Of a stretch of DNA of 64,000 bases, positions 1-15,229 are shown piece after piece; position 1 is the first letter of the stretch, and each line of letters starts with the position of its first letter. This DNA comes from Paraspadella gotoi (lineage: Eukaryota > Animalia > Chaetognatha): NCBI GenBank assembly GCA_051294375.1, contig CM119265.1:2641292-2705291 (forward strand), read 5' to 3'. Below the pieces are notes generated by a model. It made no database searches and was not told the DNA's origin. It saw only the letters and a list, made by a program, of their open reading frames with translations. Both the position numbers and the translations under genes were made by a program.

Positions 1-1311
1 GAATACTCAGAGTGTGAATTCAAAAGAATAATTCATTCATTTTCGGTTTAAAAGTTTCATTATTAAAGTTTGTTGTTATTCTTGTGAATACTTGTGTATG
101 AACTTCCATGAGTAGAAATTCATAAAAATGAATTCTTTCATTTCGGTTTAAATGTGCCATTTTTAAAGTTTTTATTATTAAGTAGTCATTATTCTTTGTG
201 AAATACTTAATGTGTGAGACGTTCATGAGTAGAAAATTCTTAGAGAATGAATTCATCTTCATTTCAGTTTAATGTGCCTGAACTCGAACATTCGGCCGAT
301 GTCAATAATCAGCTATTAATCAGTACAAATAAAACATCAGTACGTCCCCAGGTAAAAATTCTATGAGAGTTTAAAAATATTATTTTATCAAAAATAAATA
401 AATGCAAGTCACAAAAAGTTTACAAATTAAAAAACCGTCTTTAAAAATTATTTGTGGCTAAATCAAAAAAGTTTTTTGCTAATTTTATAGGTGTTAAAAG
501 CTTATTTCAATAGCCTATGTTATGGTTAAGTTTAAACAAATTTGCAACTATTTTTGTTTAACAAAATTATAATAAAAACTGAAAAAGACACTTTTTGACT
601 GTAAACTTCAATAGCAAACTCTAAATGAATTAAGGGAAATAAAATTACCAGAATAGGTGAAGGAAGATAAGGAAAGAACGGATTTCCCAAAGTAAATAAA
701 TTTTTTGCTCAACTTTCCTTGGCAATCCTAAATCAGAAGAAGAAAATGAAATGGACAAAAAATGCGAGCATGATTTTTTTCTCCTAAATGTTTCACCAAA
801 AAATTGTAGACTTTTTTATTATTTGAACCGGGGTGGATATGATTTCAATACCAATCTATAAGAACATTATGAATAAAAAGGTTTGGGATCGAGTTTAAGA
901 TTTGGTAAATGCGAACGTATTTGTAGGCGGAGACCCAATGAAATTCATTTGAAATCAATCAAAGCACAAGTCGCATTCGAACTGAGAGCCTTCAATGAAT
1001 TCACGTTCCTCCCGCGCATTCGACTGATTAACAATCCGAAATTCGATCTTCGACCGGCTTAAATCGATCGCTGCGATTTTTCGACCGTTTTGCGAGGTCG
1101 AAGAGAGGTCGAAAACCGCCGCTTCAGCTTTACCTTCCGAAAGAGCGTCGTCAGATGTTTGATTTGGTTCGAGTTTAACATGAGAAGAATCAAACGAAAA
1201 CGATTTTTATGAGGAGGAAAGTCAGAACAAGGTATTGGAATTGAGAGAGAGATGAGAGAGAGAGAGAGAGAGATAGAAGAGAGAGAGAGAGAGAGAGAGA
1301 GAAGAGAGAGC

Positions 1312-1343
<32 letters not shown>

Positions 1344-1703
1344 AGAGACTAATTTAATATTTTTAAATTTTTGTCTATGGCCCAAAAGCGTTATGTATAA
1401 CATACATACATACACAAATCTCTTGCTGTGAAGTTGGGTAATTAACTTAGTTTTTTGGGTTTTTTTCTATTAAATATTATGGTTGCTAACAAATGCTAAC
1501 AACTTTTACCAAATGTCCATAATTAAGGTGTTTAAGGAAGAATTTTTTTTTAAATCTAAAGGTTCGTGACCTCTTGAACAACCGAGTAAATTGTTATTAC
1601 TATTATTAAAAATTAAAGTAAAAATATAAATCCCCAAATCTTTTTCTCGAGACCAACAACAAATTATTCGCCATTTGCAAAAAATAAAAAAACATCGTGG
1701 TCG

Positions 1704-4518
1704 ATGAACCCTCGAAATTTGGTCCGCTTTAAAGTTTCAGGTAATTGTAAAATAAAAATTCGTGCAAATAAAACTAAATTGTTTTTAATTAAAACGATAA
1801 TTATAATTAGTATATAAATAAATAAATAGAACCAAGAATTAAAAATGTTTTTAAAAGAGAATTAGTAACGTATAATTTTTTAACGTAAATTAAAGAAAAG
1901 CATTTGGCATACTTTTAACGTAACGATTCTCCCCTCGTAAAGAAACATCCTCGGCACTGCTTCAAATTCTGCGACTGCAGCCGCTAAAGATGCCGAATGT
2001 CCTGCAACGTGCTGATCATTTGGCTAAGGGCTCTGCACAGCGTCGTTGGCGTCGGCGTCGCCAATGAACGAGATGCGTCGAATCGACGGCGGCATTAAAA
2101 CGGATACAATTAGCAACTGCAGCAATGAGCAATCTGGCGGCAGCGTTGCTCAAATCACCGATCACCTGTCCAAGTTGGTCCAAGTCCTAATTGACTTCCA
2201 AGATCGCGAATCCGACCAGGACTACAAAAACCCCAACTTTTCTTGTCCGATGCGGAACGCGGGCGAGTTTCAGTTGGTCGGTCCACCTCCTTACTGGTCC
2301 AGCTGCTACTACGTCAGTCGGCCTTTGCATCGCGTATCGTTCGACTCGGCCGAGGAATTGTGTCGATCGATGGGAGGTCACCTCGTCTCGGTAGGGAGCG
2401 AAGTCGAGCGATTCTTTCTTCAGCGTTTGTACTCGATTTATCCTTCTGGATATCAAGATTATTGGATCGGTGCTAAGTTTGACGATAACGGGATCGCAAG
2501 GTGGACGGATTCTGGTGATGAGGTTCGATTCGGTAAAGTTGAGTTGTCATCTAATTTCACGGAGTCGGAATTTCCGCAGAGAGAATGTGCTCTCAATACA
2601 AAATGGGGAGATTTGTGGAAAAGGACCGCTTGCTCGGGCATCAATCGGTTTATCTGCGAAGCCCCCACTCACGAGAATATGGCCAAAACTCTGCCTGTAC
2701 AAGAAGATATTAATATTAATATGTCAATCGTAAACGGGTCAGGATCTTTTTATATCTTTGTCAACGAAGCTTATCCTTGGGAAAAGGCCCAAACGTTTTG
2801 CCAGGATCAAGGCGGACATTTAGTGATCGTTGATTCCCTGGCCGAAAACAAAATTCTCCAAAGAGAGACTGGATCTCATTCTCGATGGATGGGAGCGAAA
2901 AGAGAAAGAGATTCATCCGTTTGGCTTCGAGTAGATGGTCAACCTCTTGAGGGAACCTTTACCGATTGGCCGACCTTGAAGTCGCCGGAGACTGTCTCAA
3001 AACCCGATTGTCTTTTGATGTCGGGACATGGGAATCACGAATGGGATGAAGATTTGTGCCACAATTGGCGCAGGTTTATTTGCGAGATTCCCTCCAACGA
3101 TTCTGCAGAATTGATGCCAGAAGAAGATGAAGAAAACCAAGTTTGTCTTCAGACAAATGGGGTCGATGATTGTTACGCCTTTGTGCAGATTCAATTGCAG
3201 CGCGAGAATGCGGCAGCTCATTGCCAAAACCAATACAGTGGAAGATTGGCGAGAGTTAACGCCCGACGCCGAGTTGAATTTGAAAAGATCTTGAAGGGAT
3301 TCTCAAGTGGAAACGCCGAGGTAAATAGTTTTTTAAGGTTTGGTTTTGTTGTTTAAACGATTGTAACTTAGTAACCAAAACGCGTCACTTAGCCAAATTT
3401 TGACCTCTCAAAAATTCCAGATTCCTTTGCTTGTTTTTGTAATTCAATTTTTTTGCACAGAAAATATTTTACTATTTTAGTTTAATCTCCTTAACTTAAG
3501 AATCTTTAAATATAACAATGTTAGCGATTAACTTTACTACCGTTTATATTCCAAATTCATATTTCTAGACGCATTGGTGGCTGCATTTTGATGAAACAGA
3601 CGATGAAATCTTTACGAAAAACCCGAGCTTTGATTATCGTTATAACGGTGATTATATATATATTATATATTATTATACTAGTATAATTATCTCTGTCAAT
3701 TAAGTAATTTTTAAGCTTAAATTTTCGATACTAATAACAATCTTTAATTGTTACTGTAGTGTCTCTGCCGAGGAGTGACTATAGCCTCTGTGAACGCAAG
3801 TTATCAGAGAAAGACCGAACTGTAATATGCAGGTAAATCAGAACTTTGAAAATTGTTACATTGTGGCGGTATATTCACGCTGTCCGTCACGTTGGCTCAG
3901 AGGGGGAACGCACCAGTCGCACCATCCCAAGCGTTGCGTTGCTTCCACAGTCCTAATGACTTTCCTTTGCGTTGATAAACCGAGACCATCCTAGGGTAAC
4001 CGCGGCAGTGACGGGTGTCACTGAAGGTCGGAAACACCCAAAGCCAACAGTGAGATGCCCCATTCCAGGCATCGCAGGCAACCCGGCTGTTCCCATAACA
4101 TCAGTTATTATAACCTTTTCATTTAATATACTAAAAAAATATACTTTCTGCCGATACAACCGTGTTATTGCCAAGTTACAATTTTACAATAATAGAGTAT
4201 AACCCCTTTAGGGAACACGGATTTTCCACCTACGATGACCCTGTTCAAACCAGTTGGTCGTTATACCGCGAGAACCCCGTTTCTTGGAACCCTGGATTCG
4301 ATTGCAACGGGGACGAAACGCGAGTCAAGTATTGCTCTCCAGCTTACGTCTGCCACTTTCGCAAATTTCGCGCGGCTTCAATCCGATCTGTCCCGATCTC
4401 TTGCAAGAACGAACCTTTTCAAAGCCGATGTCCGCGGGTGTCAGTTTCGCCTCAAAAGATTCGCGCTTTGGAATCGAAATGCGACGAGTGGTCTTGGTTC
4501 GTCTGTCATTTGAGTTAA
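1704..4518 (+). CDS. Multi-domain C-type lectin (3 CTLDs, the third apparently interrupted by an SRCR-like segment). Exons ~1704-1740, 2041-3320, 3569-3647, 3760-3832, 4212-4518
   Basis: CTLD motifs CY..F..AEELCRSMGGHLVSV..YWIG..C..W..C..FICE occur twice, and a third domain starts DDCYAFV..AAAHC..GRLARV. GT/AG sites give phase-compatible joins (1,0,1,2). The first exon is the least certain. Confidence 0.85.
3862..4097 (-). mobile_element. Solo-LTR-like repeat, family D (~240 bp), in lectin intron
   Basis: Homologous to 41443-41694 and 49970-50224; flanked by 4-bp direct repeat ACAT. Confidence 0.75.
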
Positions 4519-4582
4519 GGTCGGTTAAGGTCGGTTAAGGTTAAGGTCGGTTAAGGTCGGTTAAGGTCGGTTAAGGTCGGTT
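4515..4582. repeat. 10-bp tandem repeat (TTAAGGTCGG)n
   Basis: Read directly; begins at the lectin stop codon. Confidence 0.9.
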
Positions 4583-5323
4583 GAGAATCAGCGGGAAAAG
4601 TTGAGTCATTTTAAATTAGAATATTGGCAGTAGTTGCTTTTTAATTTAGGTAAAGTTTTTGGTTAGAATCATCTCGATTAATAATTTATATTCTTTATAT
4701 TCTTTAGTTAACCAACATCGTAGAAGGGCAAAATATTTAAATTTTAAATTTCCAATCTAAATCAAGCCTAAAATTAAAATACGATTTAATTTAAATATAA
4801 TTAAATCTAAACGGATAAGATATATATATATATATCCGACCTGGGAGGGATGCAATTGAGTCTTAGGTACGTACTTGCTTCAGGGACGAGCGACATATTG
4901 TATCGCTGAAATGTTTCATGCTTTATTTTCTTTCTTTTTTTGTCTTACTTTTCTGGAATATTAACCTAGATTTGATTAAATATGGAATAAATTAATTCTA
5001 TTGTTGCCGCGAAAATTTGATTAAACTTTCAATGCATCGCTCTGGATGTGACGAAAACGAATTCGTTAAGAACGACATGAGAAAAAAAATGTAAGAATCA
5101 CGATGCATCTAACCTACTGATATAGTACATTCATAATCAATTTAAAATGACCCACATTTAAAATTAAAATTTTTAAATTTAAAAAAAAATATTCTAGGTT
5201 GGACTTTTTCACATTGTTCCTGTGTTATAAACTGACTATTATTGTTGGTATTTTTTATAAATCTACAGTTTGCTGATTTAAATCTTACCCGCTCAAAGTC
5301 AGTATTACTAAAAAAATCTTAAA

Positions 5324-8300
5324 ATGAATGTAAACTTATTTTTACTATTCATCTCTATCGCCTTGAATGTTTTCGACGTCGCGTCAGACGTTCACGTCAC
5401 ATTTTCGCTTTTGACTGAAGTCAACAGCAAAAATTACGGAATCATTGGCGGAATGCTTTCGTCAATTTTAATATTTCACTGCGTCTTTTCAACTTTTCAC
5501 GGAATTTTTTTCATTTGTCGATTCAAAGACAAATTTCCTCGTTTGACAAAAAATTGTGGCAGATTTGGTTTGACTCTCATCTTCTTTGTTTTTGGATTGG
5601 GATCCGTCCCAGTTCAGATAGACATGTATTTGGATGAAATCAACAGTTTTAAAGATAGTTTTTTATTACAATTAAAAAATTATTTGATTTATAAACTTAA
5701 TCTAATTCAGGTTAGTCATCGAAGTTAATTGAGGAACAATGAAAATTTATGAATTATTGCTTAGTTAATTTAAAAAGAAATTCCTTTGATTTTATAAAAA
5801 TGTGTAATGATATATGTTTTATAAAAAAACATTTTGGATAAAATAGAATATTTAATCTTTTTATAATTTAGTATTGATATTAAAAACTAAGAGATGATGT
5901 TCTTACAATTAATTACAACTTTAGATTTTTTCTCTATTTATATATATCATAGTTATTCTAAACCTAACTTCTAATCCTAAATGTGATTTTTATCCCATTT
6001 AGGTTATACTCGAATCCTATCCTCAGTTGTTGATTCAAACGGCCGTCACCGTGATGTCTTGGACGTCAGAAACGAAGGAAGTTTGTCTTCGAAGTGAAGA
6101 TTTTCTTTATTTTGCAGATGGAAATTTTGGTTTTGTTTTTAAAATGAAAGAAGATGGATTTTTGATCCCAACTAAAAAAAATTGCACATGTCCAGCTTCA
6201 TTTTATTTAGACAAGGTTACAACTGTCAACATCTGCTGGCACTATTTTTCAATAGAGTTCCATTTCTGTTATTAATCCATGAAGTTTATTTCAATCCAAA
6301 TATTTAACTCTTATAATTAACAATAATCGCTTACCTTATTTCCTAACCCTAAAATCTAATCCCTATCCCAAATTGCTAACCAATTCAATCCTAACCCGAA
6401 TCTAATCCCTAATCTAATCCCTAATCTAATCCCTAACCTAATATTAACAATCCCTATACTCATCTTTAAATGTAAAAACAATCTAAATTACCAAGAAAAC
6501 ATAAAAGTTAAAAGTGACAAAAAAAAAATTGAAATGAGAGAAGAGAAAAATATAATATTTATTTTATAAATTTTACATTTGATAAATATATAATATTTAA
6601 AAATATAATTTCATAATATACTTTTCCAATACATATATACAGGTGGATAAATGTTATTGGGAGCATGACGAGTACAGGAATTTCATTTCCATGGGATTAT
6701 CAAGCCTCAGCTTGGTGAAAGCTGCTCTTGAATACAGAAGCGGCTTTCTTTCATCTCATCAATCCAATGTATATAAACTCATTTTGGTTGGATGGAAATT
6801 TTTTGGAATAACCCAGGGACTGCTTGCTATTTCACTAAGTCTGCTTTTATTGTACATGATTGCGATAAATTTCTGTATTTGGTTCGTTTTTTTAACACCG
6901 ATCATAATTTTTCGAGCATTAACTCTGCCCGAGCTTAAAAATATAATTAAATTAATGTTTCAGTCTAATTTTTTAAGTCAAAATCCATCGACAAAGAGAA
7001 CCAATGAAATTAACTCGAACATATTTTGGCACATTCATTTCAATATAATGTTATTTTCATTATTTTTTACGATAGAAAAAACATAATTCTTTGAATCAAA
7101 TCCTAAGTTTTTCAACCCCGTGGGGTTTGTCAAGACTGAGAGACGAAAGAATTCCAAAATTAAGATTGGATTTCGAGTTCGTCGCCGATTATTCCATCCA
7201 TCAATCTTGGCTTCGAGAATTTGAATCTGCGTTCGGGATCGATTTTACTTTTAAGAGTCTTTCTTGCGTAGACATTGTGGGAATTAACAACGAAAGATGG
7301 ACACGCCCTATTCTATTTAATCATTCGTTAAAAAGTGAAGAAGAATGTAAAATTTTAAAGAATAATCTTTACGAGTCCGTCACTTATTTAGGAAATTATT
7401 CCCTTTTAATTCCAGATTTCAGGGTCATACTTTTGATGTTAATTCTCGATGTTTTGATCAGCTGTTTATACGCGGCCTTTTATGCTACCTTGAAAAAATC
7501 TTTTATTAAATGGCATTTAAAAATACTCTCTTTTATTCCACTTTTAATTATCATATATTTCAATTTGTGTCGTTCAATTCGTCAAATTAATCTTCGTTTC
7601 GCATACCATTCTATATTTACTTCGTTGTCCGAAAAACCTCGTTTTTTAATTTTGAAAAATCCAGAAATCTTGGATGTAATTAGCGGGAAAAAAGGGACTG
7701 ATAAATGGTTCATAACTAAAATAATTAATAATCAGTGGAGTGTTTACAACTTTGGGATTCCCCTATCGAATATGCTGTTGATAGTTCCTTTGCTTTATTT
7801 CCTTTCAGTTTTTGACAAATTATTAAATAAGAATAAAAAACTATCTCATGCCATAACATTTTTCATATCCGTTTCGGTTTTTTGGTTTTTTTTCCTCAAA
7901 AATAAGTATAAAGCAACCGAAACAGCATTACTACAATATGCTAATGATTGTGTTTTACCTGAACGTTCGTCGGTTTTGTTACACTGCCTTACATTAATTT
8001 TAATCCAAGAAAATTTCTATTTCTTGATCGGACTATCATCTTGTCCCATTTATAAACTCTTAATGACATATGGAACTAAAATCCTAATCTTGCGATACAA
8101 GATTATTTATCAATACTGTATTATGTCGATGGCAATAGTTACACTTTCTTCGATGTATTATTTCATGCGTTTGCCTCACAATTCAAAATTTTCGAACGAA
8201 ACGATAAATATTTTTCAACTTGACCGCGTTGAAATACAGATCACTCAAATGAAAGAATTTGAGAGCTATTCACCTCCTTATGAAATTATGCGATTATTAA

Positions 8301-8446
8301 AACAGGATGAAAAATCTTGCAGTGACTTGTTTAACAAACTGACTTTCGTTGCAAATCAAAAATATCTCAGAAAACATAATTTGCTAACTTTGATATTTAA
8401 TTTTTTGCCGGCTATTTTATTCATGGCAAATGACAATAATCGTTAG
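5324..8446 (+). CDS. XK-related-like multipass membrane protein. Exons 5324-5710, 6003-6215, 6643-8446, with a 1-nt frameshift at the A-run 7076-7081
   Basis: N-terminal 'FDVASDV' and 'LESYPQLLIQ' match XK-family D-x-x-[ST]-D and E-x-x-P-Q motifs; many hydrophobic segments; phase-0 joins at both introns. Confidence 0.6.
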
Positions 8447-9531
8447 TCAAGAACAAAGTAGTTTTAACCAATTTTACACTTTAAAAAATTCATTTTTTAA
8501 AATCTTTTTATATATTTTTTTAATACTGTGTAATATTGGACACCGCGATAATTTTCATAGCTTTATCAGCAGTATTCATTTTATATTTTATTGTGACTGG
8601 AAATTAATGCTTTATATACGGCGTAATAACCAAACGTTCTCGTTACATGTCATAACTATTCTTCAAATTTATAAAGTCTCCAACATTCAAATCTTTTATA
8701 AATTTCGAACTAAAAGTCAATACGGCGTAGTTTGCGTAATACACACACGAGGTTGCTCGATGTTTAATTCTAGCGCAAAACATCGAACTTGACGTTTTTT
8801 GTTAGATAAAGAATCACTTTCTTAAGTTTGAAAATTGGCGCCAAAATAAAATAAAAAAACGGAAAAAAGTATTTTTTAAAATTTTTATTATCTTCATAAC
8901 AGAAAAACAGTGCAACAGATTAATGGTAAGAAAGAGATATTCAGTATCGTTTAGAATTGAATTGTTTAGTATTGCAAAATACTTGGTCAGAAACTTCAGT
9001 TAAGTTGTTTCGGGTTAAATACTTAAATTTCATTTTTAATCTGATAGAATTTATTCTACGAGGAATTGAGTAATCTAATTAAATACTATCACGTAAAACC
9101 TAGAGATTGTTCAGGAATTATTGCACAAATTTAAGAGAGATCGCTAATGCCAAGGACTAAAATGAACAAAATTTACATCAAAATGATGCCGAAAAATCTA
9201 TTCTATGTATGAGAAATTTGTAAACAAAGGAGGGCTAAGAGCAAGATACTGCTTGTCTTTTGCTTCGTTTACTTTTTAACAAACTACGCGTTATAAATTT
9301 TTCTTAGTTTTGTTTTAAATCAGGAAAACTTATATACTACAATAAAAAGTTATTCAAAAATCTAAAATTACGTCTGGTTCAATTTCAAATAATATTCGAG
9401 ATTTAAATCATAAATTTAGCTTACTAGGATACAATTCATTATCGAAACTGCCTTTAATGCATATTAAACAATTAATGATGAAAACTAAAATTAAATTAGA
9501 ATACAAGATATTAAATACCCGTCGAATCCCG

Positions 9532-11603
9532 TCAGTCTTCCAATATTCTTTTGACGTTTTTAATTCTCTCTCCACAAACACAACACGAATCAAATTTGAA
9601 GGCGCAGAGACTGCAAGCGGCGTGTCCGCAATCGAACAAAGAGTTCCTGTCGTTGACCTTGCAGATGGAACACCGTTGCAACCGCTCCATTCGTGACTTG
9701 GCCCTCCTTAATTTCTGCGACGCTTCGCACGTTCGTCGTTTTTCCCTTTTGCTTTTATCGATTTGCGCGCGAAATCTTTTGACCATCCTTTGATATTTCC
9801 CGACTTCGTGTCTCTTCAAGTCAACTTGCTCGAACCACAACTGATAACAAACTCCCTTCAAGAATTTATTCGTATCCAAGAGATGAACGATTTTCTCTTC
9901 CATATCCAACCATTTATTCTCTTCTTTTCTTTTCTCTTCTTCTTTTTCTCTTTTTCTTTTTTTCCTATTCTCTTTTTCCGATTTCTTCAAATCTTCCAAA
10001 CGCCTTTTCAAAGATTCGATCTTTCGATCTTTTGGCGCCAACAATTTCACGTAAGTTCGTTTGATCATCGCCGCGTTTGAACTCGCGAGGTTTTCAACTT
10101 CGATCTCAAATTTGTCTTCTTCGTCTTTGTCGCTGTTGTCTTCGTCGTCGTCGTCGTCTTCGTCTTCGGCTTCGTCTTCGGCTTCGTCTTTGCTTTCTTT
10201 GTCTTTGGTTTTGCTTTCTTTTTCATTGTCTTTGCTTTTGAAGTTGCTTGCTTCTTCATTGACCTTGCCTTTGTCTTGACTTATTTTGTCGTCATCTTTG
10301 CTTGTAACGACGTCTTTGCTTTTTTCTTCTTCGTTGCTTTGTTTGTTGTTGTCTTTGCTTTTTTCTTCCTTCCCATTGCTTTCGTCGTTGTTTTCTCCAC
10401 CGACATCTTTGCTTTTGTCTTTGTTGTCATTGCTTTCAACGTTACTTACTTCTTTGTTGTCTTTGCTTTCTTCATCGTCGTCTTTGCTTTCTTTGTCATT
10501 TTTGCTTTCACCACCGACATCTTTGCTTTTGTCTTTGTTGTCATTGCTTTCAACGTTACTTACTTCTTTGTCGTCTTTTCTTTCTTCATCGTCATCTTTG
10601 CTTTCTTTGTCATTTTTGCTTTCTCCATCGACGTCTTTGCTTTTGTCTTTGTCGTCTTTGCTTTCAACGTTACTTACATCTTTGTCGTCTTTGCTTTCTT
10701 CATCATCTTTGCTTTCTCCACCGACATCTTTGCTTTTGTCTTTGTTGTCATTGCTTTCAACGTTACTTACTTCTTTGTCGTCTTTGCTTTCTTCGTTATC
10801 TTTGCTTTCTTCATCGTCGCTTTCGTAGTCGTTGTAGTCGTCGTCGTCGCTGTAGTGAAGGATGTAGATAGGGTCGTCGGAAAAGAGACAGTAATCTGTT
10901 GAGCAGCGAATCATTCGTGGCGGGACGTCGGCAACTGGACTGACTCCCGATGGATGTGTGGTGGCGCTCAAATCTGAAAAAACGGTTCATTCAATGTATT
11001 TCTCGTGACATGACATGATGTGACATGACATGACTACATTACATTACTATTAGCAGTAACTTAGATTTGAGTTTTTTTTCTGTCTTAACAAAGGAGCAAC
11101 TAACTATAGGCAAATTATGTGCATTTTTAACATTGGTGGGACAGACAGACGGACCGAACGACCGACCGAAAATTGACTTATAAAGTTGCTCCGCGAGTAC
11201 TCGCGGCGCAACTAAATATTGAACCGATTGATTCAAGGCTAAAATACGGAAAAGTTAATATACTGGACTGTGAGAGATGAAGTCGGGCAATTCTGAAATA
11301 TATAATGTGTAATAAATAAGACTAGATATTAAACATTAGACTTTTTAAAATTATAAATAAGATTTAAAAAGTACTTGGAACAAGTTTTTATTTTTTCAAA
11401 GCATACCCCAGCCAATGTAATTTGGCTACTTTATGGATAAGAATTCGTTCTTGTACGACGTATATTAAATCTAAGTTATCGGTAAAATACAAAGTACACT
11501 TTTCAGTGGTTCTAATTATATTCCTTAATTGAGACTAACCTTGGACACCACTGTCTCCTAATAGTGAATCCTCTTGACTTGATAATCCGGTTTTTGATTC
11601 CAT
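9532..11603 (-). CDS. RING array gene A: D/E/K/S-rich repeats + coiled coil + C-terminal C3HC4 RING. Exons 11603-11540, 10973-9532
   Basis: CSICKVNDRNSLFDCGHAACSLCAFKFDSCCVC; a 64-nt ATG exon joins the main ORF in phase 1. Confidence 0.85.
10990..11215 (-). mobile_element. DINE/Helentron-like non-autonomous repeat, family E
   Basis: Shares GCGGAGCAAC..TAAGTCA..TTCGGTCGGTC-(GTCY)n and CATGTCATG blocks with 26535-26735, 29945-30222 and 61405-61750. Confidence 0.6.
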
Positions 11604-12159
11604 GATGAAGGATTTGGAAATTTCTGAAATAAAGGAAAGAAAAAACAATGATTAATTGATTAAGGTGTATAAGGTGAAAAACTTAAACAGAAGGAACAAT
11701 AATTTTTATTGAGCAACAAGTAACAAAATTACAGGGTTGAATAAAGAATTTATTACTTAAATGCCAAATAAAAGTCGCTACATCTTTCACGCAACTTATG
11801 ATGTGTCAACTTTAAATATAAAGATTCGGTTTCTGTCAGTTTTCTAATAGTAAAATGAGATTGAGTAAATAAAAAATTCGACTTTAAATTTTTTAAAATT
11901 TTTGACAACCATTAAAAAAAAAAACCAGTTTAGTCGTCTTAGTTTTAGTCTTAAAAGCAATAAAAGTGAAGTAATGATCAAATTTTCATAATAAATTTTT
12001 AAAAAACAAAACACAAAAGAACATCGAGTTACGAAGAAAAACGTTGTTTCACTGTTTTGTTTGTTTGTTTTATTTTCGGTTTTTTTTATGTATGAAAACG
12101 TTTGTTTGATTTTCTAAACCATCAATGACATCGTGTCACTTTAATATCCGATATCAGTT

Positions 12160-15229
<3,070 letters not shown>

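Noticed and set aside
4875-4920. Second hammerhead-like motif (GGGACGA-GCGA..TCGC-TGAAA)
   Set aside because: The CUGANGA core is not intact and there is no convincing stem I or III.
6340-6450. CCCTAA/TTAGGG-like tracts (also ~16370-16530, 30355-30545, 48520-48650)
   Set aside because: Too degenerate and short to be telomeric; treated as low-complexity intronic repeats.
10061-10902. Plus-strand hydrophobic ORFs, also at 25562-26653
   Set aside because: Antisense shadows of repetitive RING-gene coding sequence.
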